From Nemertoderma westbladi (lineage: Eukaryota; Animalia; Xenacoelomorpha): a stretch of DNA of 51,240 bases. Under the pieces are notes generated by a model. That model ran no database searches, was not told where the DNA came from, and was given only the letters and a program-made list of their open reading frames with translations. Location of the stretch: NCBI GenBank assembly GCA_032718475.1, contig JAUCBJ010007306.1, forward strand, positions 1 through 51,240, given 5' to 3'. A program made the translations under genes and the position numbers. Positions 25,855 through 38,877 of the stretch are shown here, piece by piece. The stretch's first letter is position 1; every line of letters begins with the position of its first letter.

Positions 25855-25987
25855 ATTACTTTTCATCAGACAACAACATATTCCAAGTGAGTACACCTGT
25901 TCAACTTACACCTTAGCCCAAGGTATGCTTGAAATTAAACTTAGAATACGTGGTGAAGGATGTACAGCTATTCTTATTAAAAACATC
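25855..25987 (+). mobile_element. LINE D fragment 2 (APE endonuclease), between E2 and E1
   Basis: Reads LLFIRQQHIPSEYTCSTYTLAQGMLEIKLRIRGEGCTAILIKNI, in frame with both flanking fragments. Confidence 0.85.
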
Positions 25988-27158
25988 TGTAAAAGCTTTT
26001 GCGTCATTAACCGGTTATTTTCCCTTAAAGTACTCTGTAGTTGGTTTGCCAGGCATAAAAAGGCCGTGTCCTTGCTGTACTGGTGTTTTAGAGGACATAA
26101 AAGTCATTTCTTATGTATTTGTACTGTATTTGTACTTTAGAGGACATAATCCGCAATCTCGTGACGCGATAAGCTAGATACTCTTGAAAACAGTGTCGCT
26201 ACCATGACGACGGCTAACAGCTGATATTGCCACGTCGACGTTTCTTTGTTTCTTTGTTCTCTCGTTGTTCGGTTGACCAATCAGAGCGTTTGTTGTCTCT
26301 GTGTTGGAGGTGTATACAGAGGCTCAGTAGTTCAGTGTTATGTTTTTGCCCAGAGCCTAAGAACCGGCTTTTGGCACCTCCGTGTTTTCAGTTTTTAGTC
26401 TTACACTAGTAGGCTTAATTATAAGGACATATATCCGTTATCATAACATACCATACCTAATCAAACAACCTGTGCATACTTTTATATTGTTATACTGCTA
26501 TTTACTGTCAGTTCTTCATAATATGGTTGATGAATTATTATATTTGGAATAACGATAAATAACCCCGAAAACCCAATATTCTTGATATACCGAAGGTAAG
26601 AGAGAAAGGTTACATATAACGATTGTGACTTATGTTAAAGTGGTTTGAAGTGAATCTAATGTTATTTGATAGACCCTACATGATTCGGTCTGTGTTCCTT
26701 TTATATGTGACTAAAATCAGTGAAGATCGGCAGATTAGTGTGCAGTATTGTGCAGCATTGTGTATTAGTGAGACTGATAACGAAGCATTTCCTAAAGAAT
26801 GCGCCATATATGTGAATTGTAACTAAGCCATATCGTTGTGAGTAGTTTAAGTCATAACTCTGTTTATATAGATAGAGCGCCACGTCCTAAAGGAACTGTT
26901 AATATTTCCCGAAGGTGAATAATATTGTCAGAGATTATATAATACTGTCAGTCGAATAATACATTAGGCTTACCTAGCAATAAGATTGAGCCGTCGAACC
27001 CAATCTCCCGGGTATATCCAGCGGGTGAATGATCGCGCACAGATTGGTTTCGACTAGTGTAGTGAATCAAATACTTGTCATAGGCTAAAGGCGAATTATT
27101 ATCTAGAAGACATCCTAATTTGGCGGGTTAAACTGCCAAAGGTCTGAAAGCGCGAACA
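25988..27158 (+). repeat. E1 5' LTR
   Basis: Matches 42121-43291; the only difference I found is T26691 vs C42824. Confidence 0.98.
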
Positions 27159-27170
27159 ATAACGGATATA
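27159..27170 (+). promoter_or_regulatory. PBS position of E1: non-tRNA, complementary to its own LTR at 26430-26441
   Basis: ATAACGGATATA immediately after the LTR is the reverse complement of TATATCCGTTAT in the LTR. No TGG start. Function is inferred. Confidence 0.6.
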
Positions 27171-27523
27171 GCTTCTTTATTGCAGTAAGCAATAAAGTTG
27201 AAAGTACCGGTCAACCGGTAAACCTGAACGGTACATCTGTAGGTCAGTAGGCCCAACTGCCAGAACCGGTACTGCCGTAGGTCCGTAGGTCCAACTGCCA
27301 GAACCGGTACTTCTGTAGGTCCGTAGGCCGAACTGTCCTAACCGGTACTTCCCGTATAAGTACATTAGTATTATTCGATTTGATTGTTGCATACTGGTAG
27401 GCTGTTTAAGAGATTAGGGACTGTACACCCCTTGTTTCTTTTGGAGCTTACTTATTTCTGTCAGTTTTATTTGTTTGTAGGCCAGTATTGAACAGAAGGC
27501 GTGTAAGCCTGATCAGATAGTAC

Positions 27524-28097
27524 AGACAATTTGTAGGCTGGGCTGTTGTCTGATTGCTGTTAAGTCCGAACGGATTGCAGTGTGTGTAGATCACCTGTCC
27601 GATAAAGAACGGTTAGGAAGTAGGGGCAGCCAAAGCTGTAAGGTAAACCCCCAACTAAAGAATAAGTCGTACTACTGGGTTAGAACGCATACTACCTAAT
27701 CATTTCGGAGTCTGCATGTCCTGTAGTTTATTTAGGCTTGAGAGTAGTCTGCCATCGTTTAGTCTGTACTTTGTTTGTGTAGTCTGTACAGGTAGAGTAT
27801 AATATTTATTTAGATAATTTGTAGGCTGGATAGTTGTCTGGCTGTTATTAGGTCTGAACGGATTGCAGTGTGTGTAGAGCCCCTGTCCGATAAAGAACGG
27901 TTAGGAAGTAGGGGCAGCCAAAGCTGTAAGGTAAACCCCCATCTAAAGAATAAGTCGTACTACTGGGTTAGAACGCATACTACCTAATCATTTCGGAGTC
28001 TGCATGTCCTGTAGTTTATTTAGGCTTGATAGTAGTCTGTCAGTATTTGGTCTGCATTTTGTTTGAGTGGTTTGTACGCGTAGCGTAATATTTATTA
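27524..28097. repeat. 288-bp tandem duplication in the E1 5' leader
   Basis: GATAAAGAACGGTTAGG occurs at 27601 and 27889; the core is nearly identical between copies. Confidence 0.92.
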
Positions 28098-28156
28098 TTC
28101 AGAGTTTATGCGATTATTCGCAACATTCATTCCCCAAGTTTGTTCCTACAATAATT

Positions 28157-29358
28157 GTGGCTGGCCACGAGAAAAGGGACCTTATGTCGCAAAACCTGAT
28201 TCTGAGATAATCGCGTTTAAAGTTTCCCTCTAATTTTTGAACAAATTTAATTGGATTATCAATTTAGAAATGTATAAAGCGATGAGGGAAATTCAAATTG
28301 GTTCTGATATTCAATATACCTAGGAAATAACTAATTACAGGAAGCAATATAAGATGTTGCAGTATTGTATATCCCACTGTTTTAGGTTTTTCATGTCTGA
28401 ATTTAGTACTGTAATAAAATTGTACTAATATGTAGGGTAGGTACACTGTAGGCCTACATTTATTTTTTAAATGCAATACTGCAATATGGCTGGCTGTCAT
28501 TTTGTTAATTTCTGTTCGTTAGTTCTGAATATTTGTAAGCACCTACTGCGATGCGATATTAAGTGACACTGAAGAATGAATACCAGACTGTAATATTCAA
28601 AAGTCTACCGCTAGGGGGCGATAATGTTCTAGAATGTAAATTGCTTGTCATTTTGTTAATTCCTGTCCGTTTCTTTTGAAATTTTGTAGACACCTTCTAC
28701 AATATGAAATTATACTTGGGAATGAATCCTAGACTGTAATAGTCAAATGTCTGCCGCTAGGGGGCGATAATGTTCTAGAATGTAAATTGCCTGTCATTTT
28801 GTTAATTCCTGTCCGTTTGTCTTGAAATTTTATAGAGACTTTCTACAATATGGGTGGGACAAGGTGGACATCTACAACACTCCCAATAATGAATTCAATA
28901 TACGAATAATTTTAAATTTTGTAAAAAAAAATTTTTTTTGAAAAAAAAATTTATTGTTTTGAAAAAAATTTAAATTAAAAAAAAAATTTTGGTTAGCCTA
29001 CATGCTTTTTTTTAAACTTTGCAAAAAAATTTTTTTAATAGTTCATTAACAATATTAATAGTTTCAAAGTGTCAAAAGTTGTATAAATAGACGAATAACA
29101 TTGAGCTGCCTAACTATATACAGTAGTAAGAATTGCTATGATATTATTAATATTTTCCATTTTTTTTAAATAACAAAATTATTTTGAAAAGAGCTACCGG
29201 ATTCACCTTCACATAAATCGCTATAACTTTTTTTTGGAAATAGATATTGAGACCCCGTTTTTTTTGTTAAAATCTCTGGAAAATTCTGCATCTCATAGGC
29301 CTAGTAACTCAAAATCGACCTCCGGTGACATAAGGTCCCTTTTCTCGTGGCCAGCCAC
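28157..29358. mobile_element. Non-autonomous DNA transposon with 32-bp perfect TIR and AATT TSD (Sola1-like), nested in the E1 leader
   Basis: GTGGCTGGCCACGAGAAAAGGGACCTTATGTC at 28157-28188 and its reverse complement at 29327-29358; AATT at 28153-56 and 29359-62; internal ~146-bp repeat. The Sola1 assignment rests on the 4-bp AWWT TSD only. Confidence 0.85.
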
Positions 29359-30237
29359 AATTGTGTTTGTTATACATACCGCTATAGTTAAATTAACCCC
29401 GGTACTACACGGGCTGCTTGGCGTAGGTAAAGACTGGTGATTTTGTGCACCGGTCACTCCAGCAGATGCCGTGGTTCTTTTAGCTGTTCAAGTATATTTA
29501 ACTACTGATTATATGTTGTACAAGTACTCGTACCTAATTTAGGGTTTAGTGTACAGTGCTTTCCGAAAGTAATTAGTGTAGACATTATATTTGTGTTGTA
29601 AAGTGGTTGATAGGCACGTTCGATTAGCTCTATTAACTTCTAGGTAGGAACACTCCGTGATACATAACGTAGTACCTATAGCGATACGGCTATAGGTCGT
29701 CAGGCGGTGGTATTTTCCTATCTGGACAACGCAGTGTATTTGCTACTACTTATTATTTTCAAATACCGTAGTACCCTGTCCGTTGTAATAACCAGATTCT
29801 AACCCTTTGTTAGGCTGGTTTGTAGACATCTTGTAAAATTACCCTGAAAATTCGTATTTTGTGTTTTTGTAAATTTTTGTGTTTATTTAGAGATTGTAAT
29901 CTCACCCGAATTGTACGTAATTTGTAGTATTAAGTAACTTAGGTAAATTAGCATTATTTGTTAGTGTCCTATAAGTAACACTTCACTGAAAGCGCACCGC
30001 TTTGTGTAGTGATTACTCCCCAGAAATAATAACATTTATTTCAACATTGACAAAACCCATTAAACGGGTATATATATATTATAAATCAACTCAAACGATT
30101 TATAAATAGTAGGCCTGCCATACAACAATTAGGTCTCAATATCAGTTGGACTACTGCTTAAATAACGGCAATAAAGTAAGTTAAGGTAACCAAGTAACCC
30201 TTAAAATTCAGAAATTCAGTTATTTAAAATAATTGAT

Positions 30238-30610
30238 ATACCGGTATTTACAATAGGCTTATTATATTTATTTCCATAAATTTTAGGTTGAAATCATACC
30301 GGTATTCTGTAATTAATTCTAGTTTGTAATTATACTTATATATATACACTATAAGTGTAAACTGCATACCGGTATTTACGATAGGCCTATTATCTTTATT
30401 TCTATAAATTTAGGCTGAAATTATACCGGTACTTGTAATTAATTCTAGTCCAGAATTATATATACTACAAACTGTAAGCTGTATACCGGTATTCCCGATA
30501 GGCCTATTATATATTTATATATATTTGTGCTAAAATTATATACCGGTTTCTGTGAAAAACCTAGTCTGTAATAATACTTATATATACAATAAGCATACCG
30601 GTATTCTAAT
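30238..30610. repeat. Degenerate tandem repeat with a TACCGGT core, upstream of E1 gag
   Basis: About 7 ATACCGGT(A) cores at ~55-70-bp spacing, alternating two unit types. Confidence 0.75.
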
Positions 30611-30739
30611 ATATTATATATATCACGCTACACTGAGTAGCAGTATCGGTAATTAATTACTAGGCTAGCAGTTAACTCTGAATTACTAGACTTGCTTAAA
30701 CTGTAATATAGCAGTAGGCATTCAACTGTGCAAACCAAC

Positions 30740-33700
30740 ATGTCTGACACTAAACAGAACCTGTCAGACAGTTTATTAGATGTAACTATCTGCGACTCAG
30801 ACAGAGGTGTAGAACCGTCTAGTCCTAAGTTCAGTTCACCTCCCACTGTGAGGAAGGTCATCCCTCCAGTAGTAATAACAGAACCTAGGCTGGTCCAACA
30901 TCGTAGGTCTATCATAGGCACTCGAGCTCAGGTCAAGCGGGACCAAGAAGCAGCGGAACAGCAACAACCCGCGAGCCAAGAACTTATTTCTCAGCGGCCC
31001 GACAGCTCCAGTAGTGAAGATACTGTAGAACTGACACCCGAGCGCGGAGCAAGGATGACGGATGCGGTTTATTCGGATCCCCTTCTCATCCTTCCTGCAG
31101 CCGTACTCACTAGGCTATTGATCGCGGTGGAAGAACACCAGATCGATTGGGCGAGAAGTAAGCGCTCAACTAAAGATAGTTATGCGGGATACACAAAGGA
31201 AGAACTGAAATCTATGGTCGAGTCGCAATGGAACTTCCCCGGACCCGGACTCCCGTTCGATTTATCAGAAGCTGCCTGGGAAGACATACACCGGATGGGA
31301 GTAGCCAAGGAAACCATCGATCCAGCTGTGTGGAAGAGGTCCGCAGCCGGATACGCACAGAGATTCTTCAGCTCTATGGAGAGAGTAGAAAAACAACTGT
31401 TTCAACAACCTAAAGGACCTCAAGAGCAGGGACAACTGCTTTATCAAGTTAGAGAAAGAATTCTGCGAATCAGGCTAATATTATCAGCCTTTGAAGAGGC
31501 TTCTAAAAGAAGACAAGACACGTCGTTGCAAGTTGCCGTAAAGACTTGGTTTCAACGGGTGAGTCGCCAGGTTCAAGGAACAGCTCAGTGGAAAGCTCAG
31601 CTGGAGGAGCGCTCAACCCATGGAGAATCAACGGACGCTACTTTTTCCCAAGTGGAAAGTGAAGCGACGGCAGAGAAACCGCATAAGAGGGATGCCATTG
31701 ACATCTATCTGTCAGACTATCAGCGTTTTTTGGGAGATGAAGAGTTGAGGAGAAGGCTAGATGGACTTAGCCCTAATAGTGAAGGAGCCCAGCGTGTGTT
31801 GGATGCAATTGATGTGGATAGAAAGACAGCGGCAGTGGCAGCAGCAGTGGCAGAGGCAGAAGCGGAAAGAAAAGCGGCAGCAGCAGTGGCAGAGGCAGAA
31901 GCGGAAAGAAAAGCGGCAGCAGCAGTGGCAGCGGCAGAAGCTGAAAGAAAAGCGGCAGTGGCAGCAGCAGTGGCAGCGGCAGAAGCGGAAAGAAAAGCGG
32001 CAGTGGCAGTGGCAGTGGCAGAGGCCGAAGCGGAAAGGAAAGCGGCATCGGCAGTGGCAGAGGCCGAAGCGGAAAGAAAAGCGGCACTGGCAACAGCAGA
32101 GGCAGTGGCAGAAGCAGAACGGAGGGCATCTGAAGAGGCAACCCAACTAGAGTTGGAAAATCTTCAAGAGAGGCAAGACAACTTCAATAAACAGTTAACA
32201 GCTAGTAATATGCAGATGATGAGTCGATCTACTCCCAAAAGACAGGGGTATACATCATCTGAGGAAGGCGATACTACCGATACTGAAGGCAAAGGAAATA
32301 GATCTCGTCTAAGCAGACGTAAAAGAACATTCCATCGTCAGAAATTGCCTGATTTGCCTCCAGCTGTTAGAAGACAACTAAATAACACCAACTTAGGTAG
32401 TACAGAGCCCACAGACCAAATAATTCAAATAGAAAGACTCCCTACTATAGTAGATGAGCCTGAAATAATTAGGCCTGTTCTTGAAATCACCCCTTCGGTG
32501 ATAGACACACCTGTGCTCCCTGAAGCTACCTCTAAATTCCCTCTGCATAGCACTAAGCTACCTGTGCCCAGTAGAACTGCCCAGGAGACAGTTCAGGTCC
32601 TGGACCCCGAGCGAAATATTCATGATTTGTCGCCCGTTGTCCCTCGTCCGCCCGCTACAACGTTGGCGACTCCCGCTTTGGCGGTCGAATGGGTGGACGA
32701 GAGACGGCGGGGGATGGATCTCCTGCTCGGGCAGATGCAGGAGACTGTTCAGCAATTCAAGGGCACAGTAAGGGAAAGTAGGCTAGAGTTGCAAGAAGTG
32801 CAGCAAAGTATCGCGCTAGAACGCGATAAATTAGTAAATACTCAAAGGGGTATACCACCACCCTCGGTAACAATGTGTCAACCTGTTAGGTCTGAAGTAT
32901 CTCATGCGCAAGGTGTGGAGCCTACACGCATATATACTGCTAGCGATGTAGAAACTCCTATAGTGAACCCTATTAAGGGTAATTATAGACCTGTTGATAA
33001 TGACATTCCCTATAGACCTGATCATAATCCGAGAAATTTATATACCGATAACTCGATATTAAATAACACGATGGCCCAAGAAAGTTTTACGCGTCAAATG
33101 GCTAGAACCGAAGCCCGGCAAGCGGTGAAGGTGGGAGAGATCGTCAAGTTCAATGGAGATGAGATGAAATGGTTACCTTTTAATGAATATTACAAAGATA
33201 ACATACAGAACTCTGTACTATCTAATGGAGAGAAACTTAGATTCCTCATCGAGTGCTTGGAAGGATCTCCCAAATTAATGGCGTTAAAGTTTATTGGACA
33301 TCCAGACGGATTAAGACAAGTTTGGGATACACTAAACATCAGGTATGGTAATAGGAATAACATAGCTGGGTTTTTGTATGCAAAGTTGGTAGCGCCCCGA
33401 AGGTTTATTAGCAACGGGATTATAGAGTTTTCCGATGAAATTCAGGAGATCTGCAGACAATTAGATTGGCTAGGTAAGTCTCATGAGTATCAGAGTGCTA
33501 TGGTTATTAGAGCAGTGGCTTCTACTTTACCGAAGGGTGGAGTAGGTACACGCTGGGACAAAAAGGTGTTATACATGATGGAACAACAACAACGAAACCC
33601 TACCATGACCGATCTCATGACATTCTTGGATGGCGAAGTGAAATTACAGCTCATAAAGCAGTCCAGAGAGAAGACATCGGAAAACAAGGTAAGTGAGAAA

Positions 33701-36700
33701 CCCGTCTCCAGAAGAAAGGTAACACCAGTGTGTTATACCGACGACGGCGAAAGCCAAGCTTCCCAAGGGGAAGATAGCGGGAAAGACACTGAAAGATCTT
33801 ATTATGTCAATAAAACACCTAACGAACAGGGAAGTAAATTTAAGTCTCGATCCAATGACAAGAGAGAACAGGTAAGAAAAAGTCCTCCTACGTCTCCCAA
33901 GAGAATTCAGGTGAGAAAGCCCGAAGAAAGAACGAGAGTGCACAATGTCACCCAAAATAAGGTAAGTAACATCAAACCGAAATGTGCGCTATGTGACGGG
34001 ACCCACCGTTTGAATATGTGTGATGAATTTCTGAAGAAGTCATTAACGGAGAGACGCGAAGTCATGTGGGATAAGCGGTTATGTTATAATTGCCTCAGAC
34101 AAGGACACCAACGGCGAACCTGTTACTCTGACATAAGGTGTGCAAAGTGTGGTGCGAAACATCATATCTTGTTGCACGCTGAATTCGAGCGAAATAGTCT
34201 GAATCAGGTAAGTGATTCCGAACTACATGTCCAATTCAGTGATGTGAACGACACTGATCAATCTGAGATGGAAGGATTCTATACGGACGAGTTCTCCGAC
34301 GAAAACGAATCCTGTTACATGATAAATACCGCAGTGTATCGAGCACTCATATATGAAAAAGATACGGACAGCGACCTCACTCTAACTACTTCGGATCAAC
34401 AACAATCGTGGAAAGCACCAACTTCCGATGTAGGAATCCGAGAATTTCCTGTAGTCCAGTTACGGGTCCATGGACCTCAGAAGAGCTATATAGTGAACGC
34501 CCTCCTGGACTCCGGTAGTACAGGAACATTCATCGACAAAGAGCTAGCCGAAGACATATTTGCTGGACAACCCAAGTTCCGAACTAAGCTAAACATGTCC
34601 GGCATTATGCAAGTTTGGAAATCTACATTAACAGCGGATTATTATGTAGGCGCGTTGTCCACCCCCCAGGACGAACTAGGAGAACATAGCATAAGGTGAG
34701 TGAAAATGGTGGCTATAAAGAACTTCGCTACTACTCAAGCAGACCTTTATAATTGGGACGAGGATGAGAGCATCCAACATCTTAAGATACCTCGATTCCA
34801 AACTGATTATCCTGGAGTGCAAATACTCATCGGCCAAAACGCGCATGAGGCGCTCGAGACATTGGAGAAACGGCCTGCTCAACCGCAGCCACTACAGACC
34901 TATGCGGTAAGAACTAGAGTAGGTTGGTACTTTACTGGCCCTTCCCGTAGAACACTCAGAGAAAGACTACCGCAAGAGCACGTCTGCCAGGTGAGTGAAT
35001 GGGAAGATGATACCAGTGAGGGAGACGATTTAACTGAGGGAACTCCATACTCCTCAGATAACGACGACGTTCACCAGCTTTTTGATGAGGAGAATACCAT
35101 CGATCTCCTTAAGGAAAACGAGGCTTGGCAAAACCAAGTGAACTTATGTCAACTTCTTTATCCATCTGAACGAGAAGCTTATAACGACGAGCTAAATGAC
35201 GTCATTGAGCGTTGTAATGCCAAGACTCGAGATGAACATGCCGTACGATTCTTTACGCAAGAGGCGGTAGAGCCCAATTCCTACGATAAAGCCTTATCGG
35301 TGGAAGAGGAAAGGGCCAAGCAGATCCAAGAGACAACTACACGTTTCCTCAAAGATCAAGGTAGGTATGAAGTCGGTCTACCTTTCTGCAAGAGAGAACC
35401 GAAGTTCATCAATAACAGACCCTTGGCGGAAAAAAGAATCGCGCAACTCCATCGACGCCTTACGGCTAATTCTTCAGCTAAAGAAATGTATCAAACACAG
35501 CTGGAGAAATTTATTAGTAAGGGATACGCGGAGAGAGTACCGGAAGAAACACCTGTGACTGAAAGAACGTATTACTTAACTCACCATTACGTTCCTAAAC
35601 CCGGTAAACCACATGAAGTGAGAGTAGTGTTTGATGGCTCCGCTCTTTACATGGGTCAATCCCTTAACTCTGAATTGTTACCCGGACCCAACTTACTTCA
35701 ATCTTTGTTGGGAATTCTTTTAAGATTGAGACAATATTCGATTGCTTTCGCCTCCGATATAGAAGGCATGTTCTTACAAGTCAAAGTGTTAGATAGGGAT
35801 CGAGATAGTCTACGATTTCTGTGGTGGCCCGAAGGAGACCTCAACCAGAAACCGGTGGAGTACTGGATGACCATCCAGGCCTTTGGGATAATCTCAAGCC
35901 CTTCCAACGCCTGTTCGGTAGTGTGTACCACTGCAGAGGACAACCGAGAGGCATTCTCTAAGGAAGTGATCGACAACATCAAGCGAGACATATACATGGA
36001 CGACAATCTGAAGTCCCTCCCATCAGTTGAGGAAGCCATTGAGGTTGCTAAAGGAACGGTAGAGTGCTTAAAAAGAGGTGGGTTTCGATTAACGAAATTC
36101 ACCAGCAACTCCCGTGAGTTTCTGGAGTCGATCCCTGCGGAAGATCGAGGGGCGAAAGATCTAGATTTGATCAAAGATGATCTGCCAGAAACCAAGACAC
36201 TCGGCTTGAAATGGGACACAGAGCGAGATATCCTGTTTTTCCAGCTAAAACAGCGAGATAATCCAGTTCGAACCAAACGGATTTGCTTAAGTATACTGAG
36301 CACTTATTTCGATCCATTGGGATTTATTAGCCCAGTTATATTGATTGCTCGTAGTTTGGTACAACAAATGTGGCTTGATAACCACTCATGGGACGATCCA
36401 CTTAAGGGAGAATTATTAAAGAAGTGGATGAAATGGGAAGATTCTCTGCCGGCTATCGAGGATTTTATAATTTCCCGTTCATATTTTGGTCATGTTCTCC
36501 CTACGTATTCCTATCAACTCCATGTGTTTGGAGACGCCAGCGATATGGGAATAGGTATAGTAGCCTATCTAAGAGTGGAAACTCCAGATGGAATCAAATT
36601 CGCCTTGGTTACTTCTAAGGCATTAATCAACAACAAGTTGAAAGTTCTCGAGCGGAGTTAAAAGCGGCTCTATACGCTTCAGCCATCGGCCGGAATGTAA

Positions 36701-38877
36701 CAGAACAGATTGACTATCCATTAGAGAAAACTGTCTATTGGACCGACGCTTTACTCGTGTTAGAGTATATAACCAATGAAGTCTGTCAGTTCAGCGTCTT
36801 CGTTACCAACAGAGTAGCCATCATACTTAGTCGCACGACGATGGACCAATGGAGACATTGCCCCGGAACGATTAATCCAGCAGACATCGCTTCCCGAGGA
36901 GCGACTCCAAAGGAATTGGTAAATACTCCCGAATGGTTAGGTGGACCCGACTTTCTCTACAGAGAAGAAGAAGAATGGCCTCCGCATCTCACAACAGCAG
37001 AGATCAGACAGGCCAAGGGAGCGGAGAAAGTTAAACCCAAAACTCGAGCGAGTAAATCGAAGTTGTTTAAACCTGCTGTTGATCTATCTGTATTATTTAC
37101 TCCCGGAGAGGATGCTTTGGATCAGAAACCCACCGCCACGACTAAAGAAGTCTTGGAAATCCGTGACAAGGATTGGAAATCTGGAATACCAGATATCGCG
37201 CAAGGACTCTCACCCCTCTTGCAGAGAGCGATACGTCACTACAGTTCCTGGAATCGGCTCTGTAAAGCCGTCACCTATTTAAAACGATGTTTTCATCATC
37301 GTTACTCCGGGACAAAGACCAATAGTGATGATGCTCCATCAACATCTGCACGAGTCCATGTTGTTAAAGATCTTCCTAAATACAAGATATCCGACAGGTT
37401 TCTAAAGGAGAAGATCAGTTACCAGGAGCATGATGAAACCAACAAACAGATGCTGAGACTCCTACAATGCTATGAGGATTCCGATAAGTATTTCCTGTTG
37501 TTAAGAAATCCGCAGATGCGCTTAAGGGATCGCTTCTCTAGTACCATGATAGATGGGTTAATACGTGTTGGAGGCAGGCTCACCAACGCCCCATTATCCT
37601 TTGATACTAAGTTTCCCATACTCATTAGAAATCTTGACATACAAATCAAGATGATTGTAGATGTTCATAGCAAACTGTACCATGCTGGTAGAGAACGAGT
37701 TCTGAGCGAAATTCGAACTCGGTACTATTTTTATAAACCCTGTAGGGCTCTGAACCAAGTTCTTAGGAACTGCATACCCTGTAGGAAAGCATTCAGTAGG
37801 CCTTTAACACAGCGAGAGGCAGAATTACCTAGGGAAAGAGTAAGCTTCTATGAACCACCCTTTACTAATACCGGTGTGGATTTATTTGGCCCTATTGAAG
37901 TATATCGTGCCCGGACTATAGTCAAGAGATGGTGTGTCATCTTCGTTTGTATGACTTGTAGAGCTATCCATCTCGATATGGTAAACGATCTATCCACCAA
38001 CAGCTTCGTGTTGAGTTTACGACGACAGATCGCTCGTTTCGGAACCAGTAACACGATGAGATCGGATAAGGGAACGAACTTCATTGGCGCCAACAACGAA
38101 ATTCAAGCTTACGTAAAGGACTGGAACAAAAGACAGGTGGACGATCAGCTAAAGATAACAGCGTCTAGCTGGACCTTCAACGCCGCCGACGCCCCTTGGT
38201 GGGGAGGAAGTTGGGAGAGATTGATTAGGAGCGTGAAGACTGCGTTCCACTTTATTGTACCTTGTCGCGCTTATCTCACCGACGAACTATTGCGGACGTT
38301 AATGGAGGAAATCGCCGCCTATCTCAACGAAAGACCGCTTATGCCAGTCTCTTCAAGTCCTGATTCCCTGGAAGCGCTAACACCCGCGCACTTTCTACTG
38401 AAGAAACCCGTAGCCATGCTCCCACGATCGGAGATCACAGACGGAGACGAGTACTGCCGTCGAACCTGGCAACTTATGCAGTTGCTATCCCGTCGTTTCG
38501 CTGACCATTTCGGGAAACATTACCTGCCCACTCTACAACTTCGAACTAAGTGGTTTGCGCAGCAAGAAAACGTCAGCGCTGGAGACATGGTGCTTATTGT
38601 GGACCCCGATCTCCCACGTAAGCGATGGCAAACAGGACGTATCATCGAGACTCATATCTCGAGCGATGGTTTGGTGCGATCAGTAGAACTCGTCGTCATG
38701 CGGCGTAACTTTAAGAAACCAGGGATAGTCTTTGAGACTCAACAGCTCAACCGCCCAGTGGGTCGTTTATGTTTACTGGAAAGAGACAGAGAGCTCTCCG
38801 GAAACTATGGAAGGCAAGAAACTCTTCCCACGACCACTTCCCTAATCCAACCGACATCTAGGGACTCCCCAACTTAA
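30740..38877 (+). pseudogene. gag-pol: E1 gag-pol polyprotein (Gag, aspartic protease, RT, RNase H, integrase) with one in-frame TGA (34697-99) and one 1-nt deletion (~36647)
   Basis: ATG at 30740; DUF1759-like region; knuckles CALCDGTHRLNMC / CYNCLRQGHQRRTC / CAKCGAKHHILLH; protease LLDSGS; RT SDIEGMFLQV and YMDD; RNase H LHVFGDAS, (P)RAELKAA, WTDA; integrase HHCC, GVDLFGP, SDKGTNF, GGSWERLIRSVK. Confidence 0.95.

Noticed and set aside
25925-26883. Short 60-82 aa ORFs repeated at 42079-43016 and 5842-6024
   Set aside because: They recur only because they lie in LTR copies; no protein features recognised.
31757-32150. Cys-rich, Gln/Trp-rich and Leu/Pro-rich ORFs
   Set aside because: These are alternative-frame shadows of the Ala-rich Gag repeat.
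34697-34699. Programmed gag-pol stop-codon readthrough
   Set aside because: The stop lies within the protease region, BEL/Pao elements typically have one ORF, E2 is open at the equivalent position, and CGA>TGA decay is simpler. Not fully excluded.
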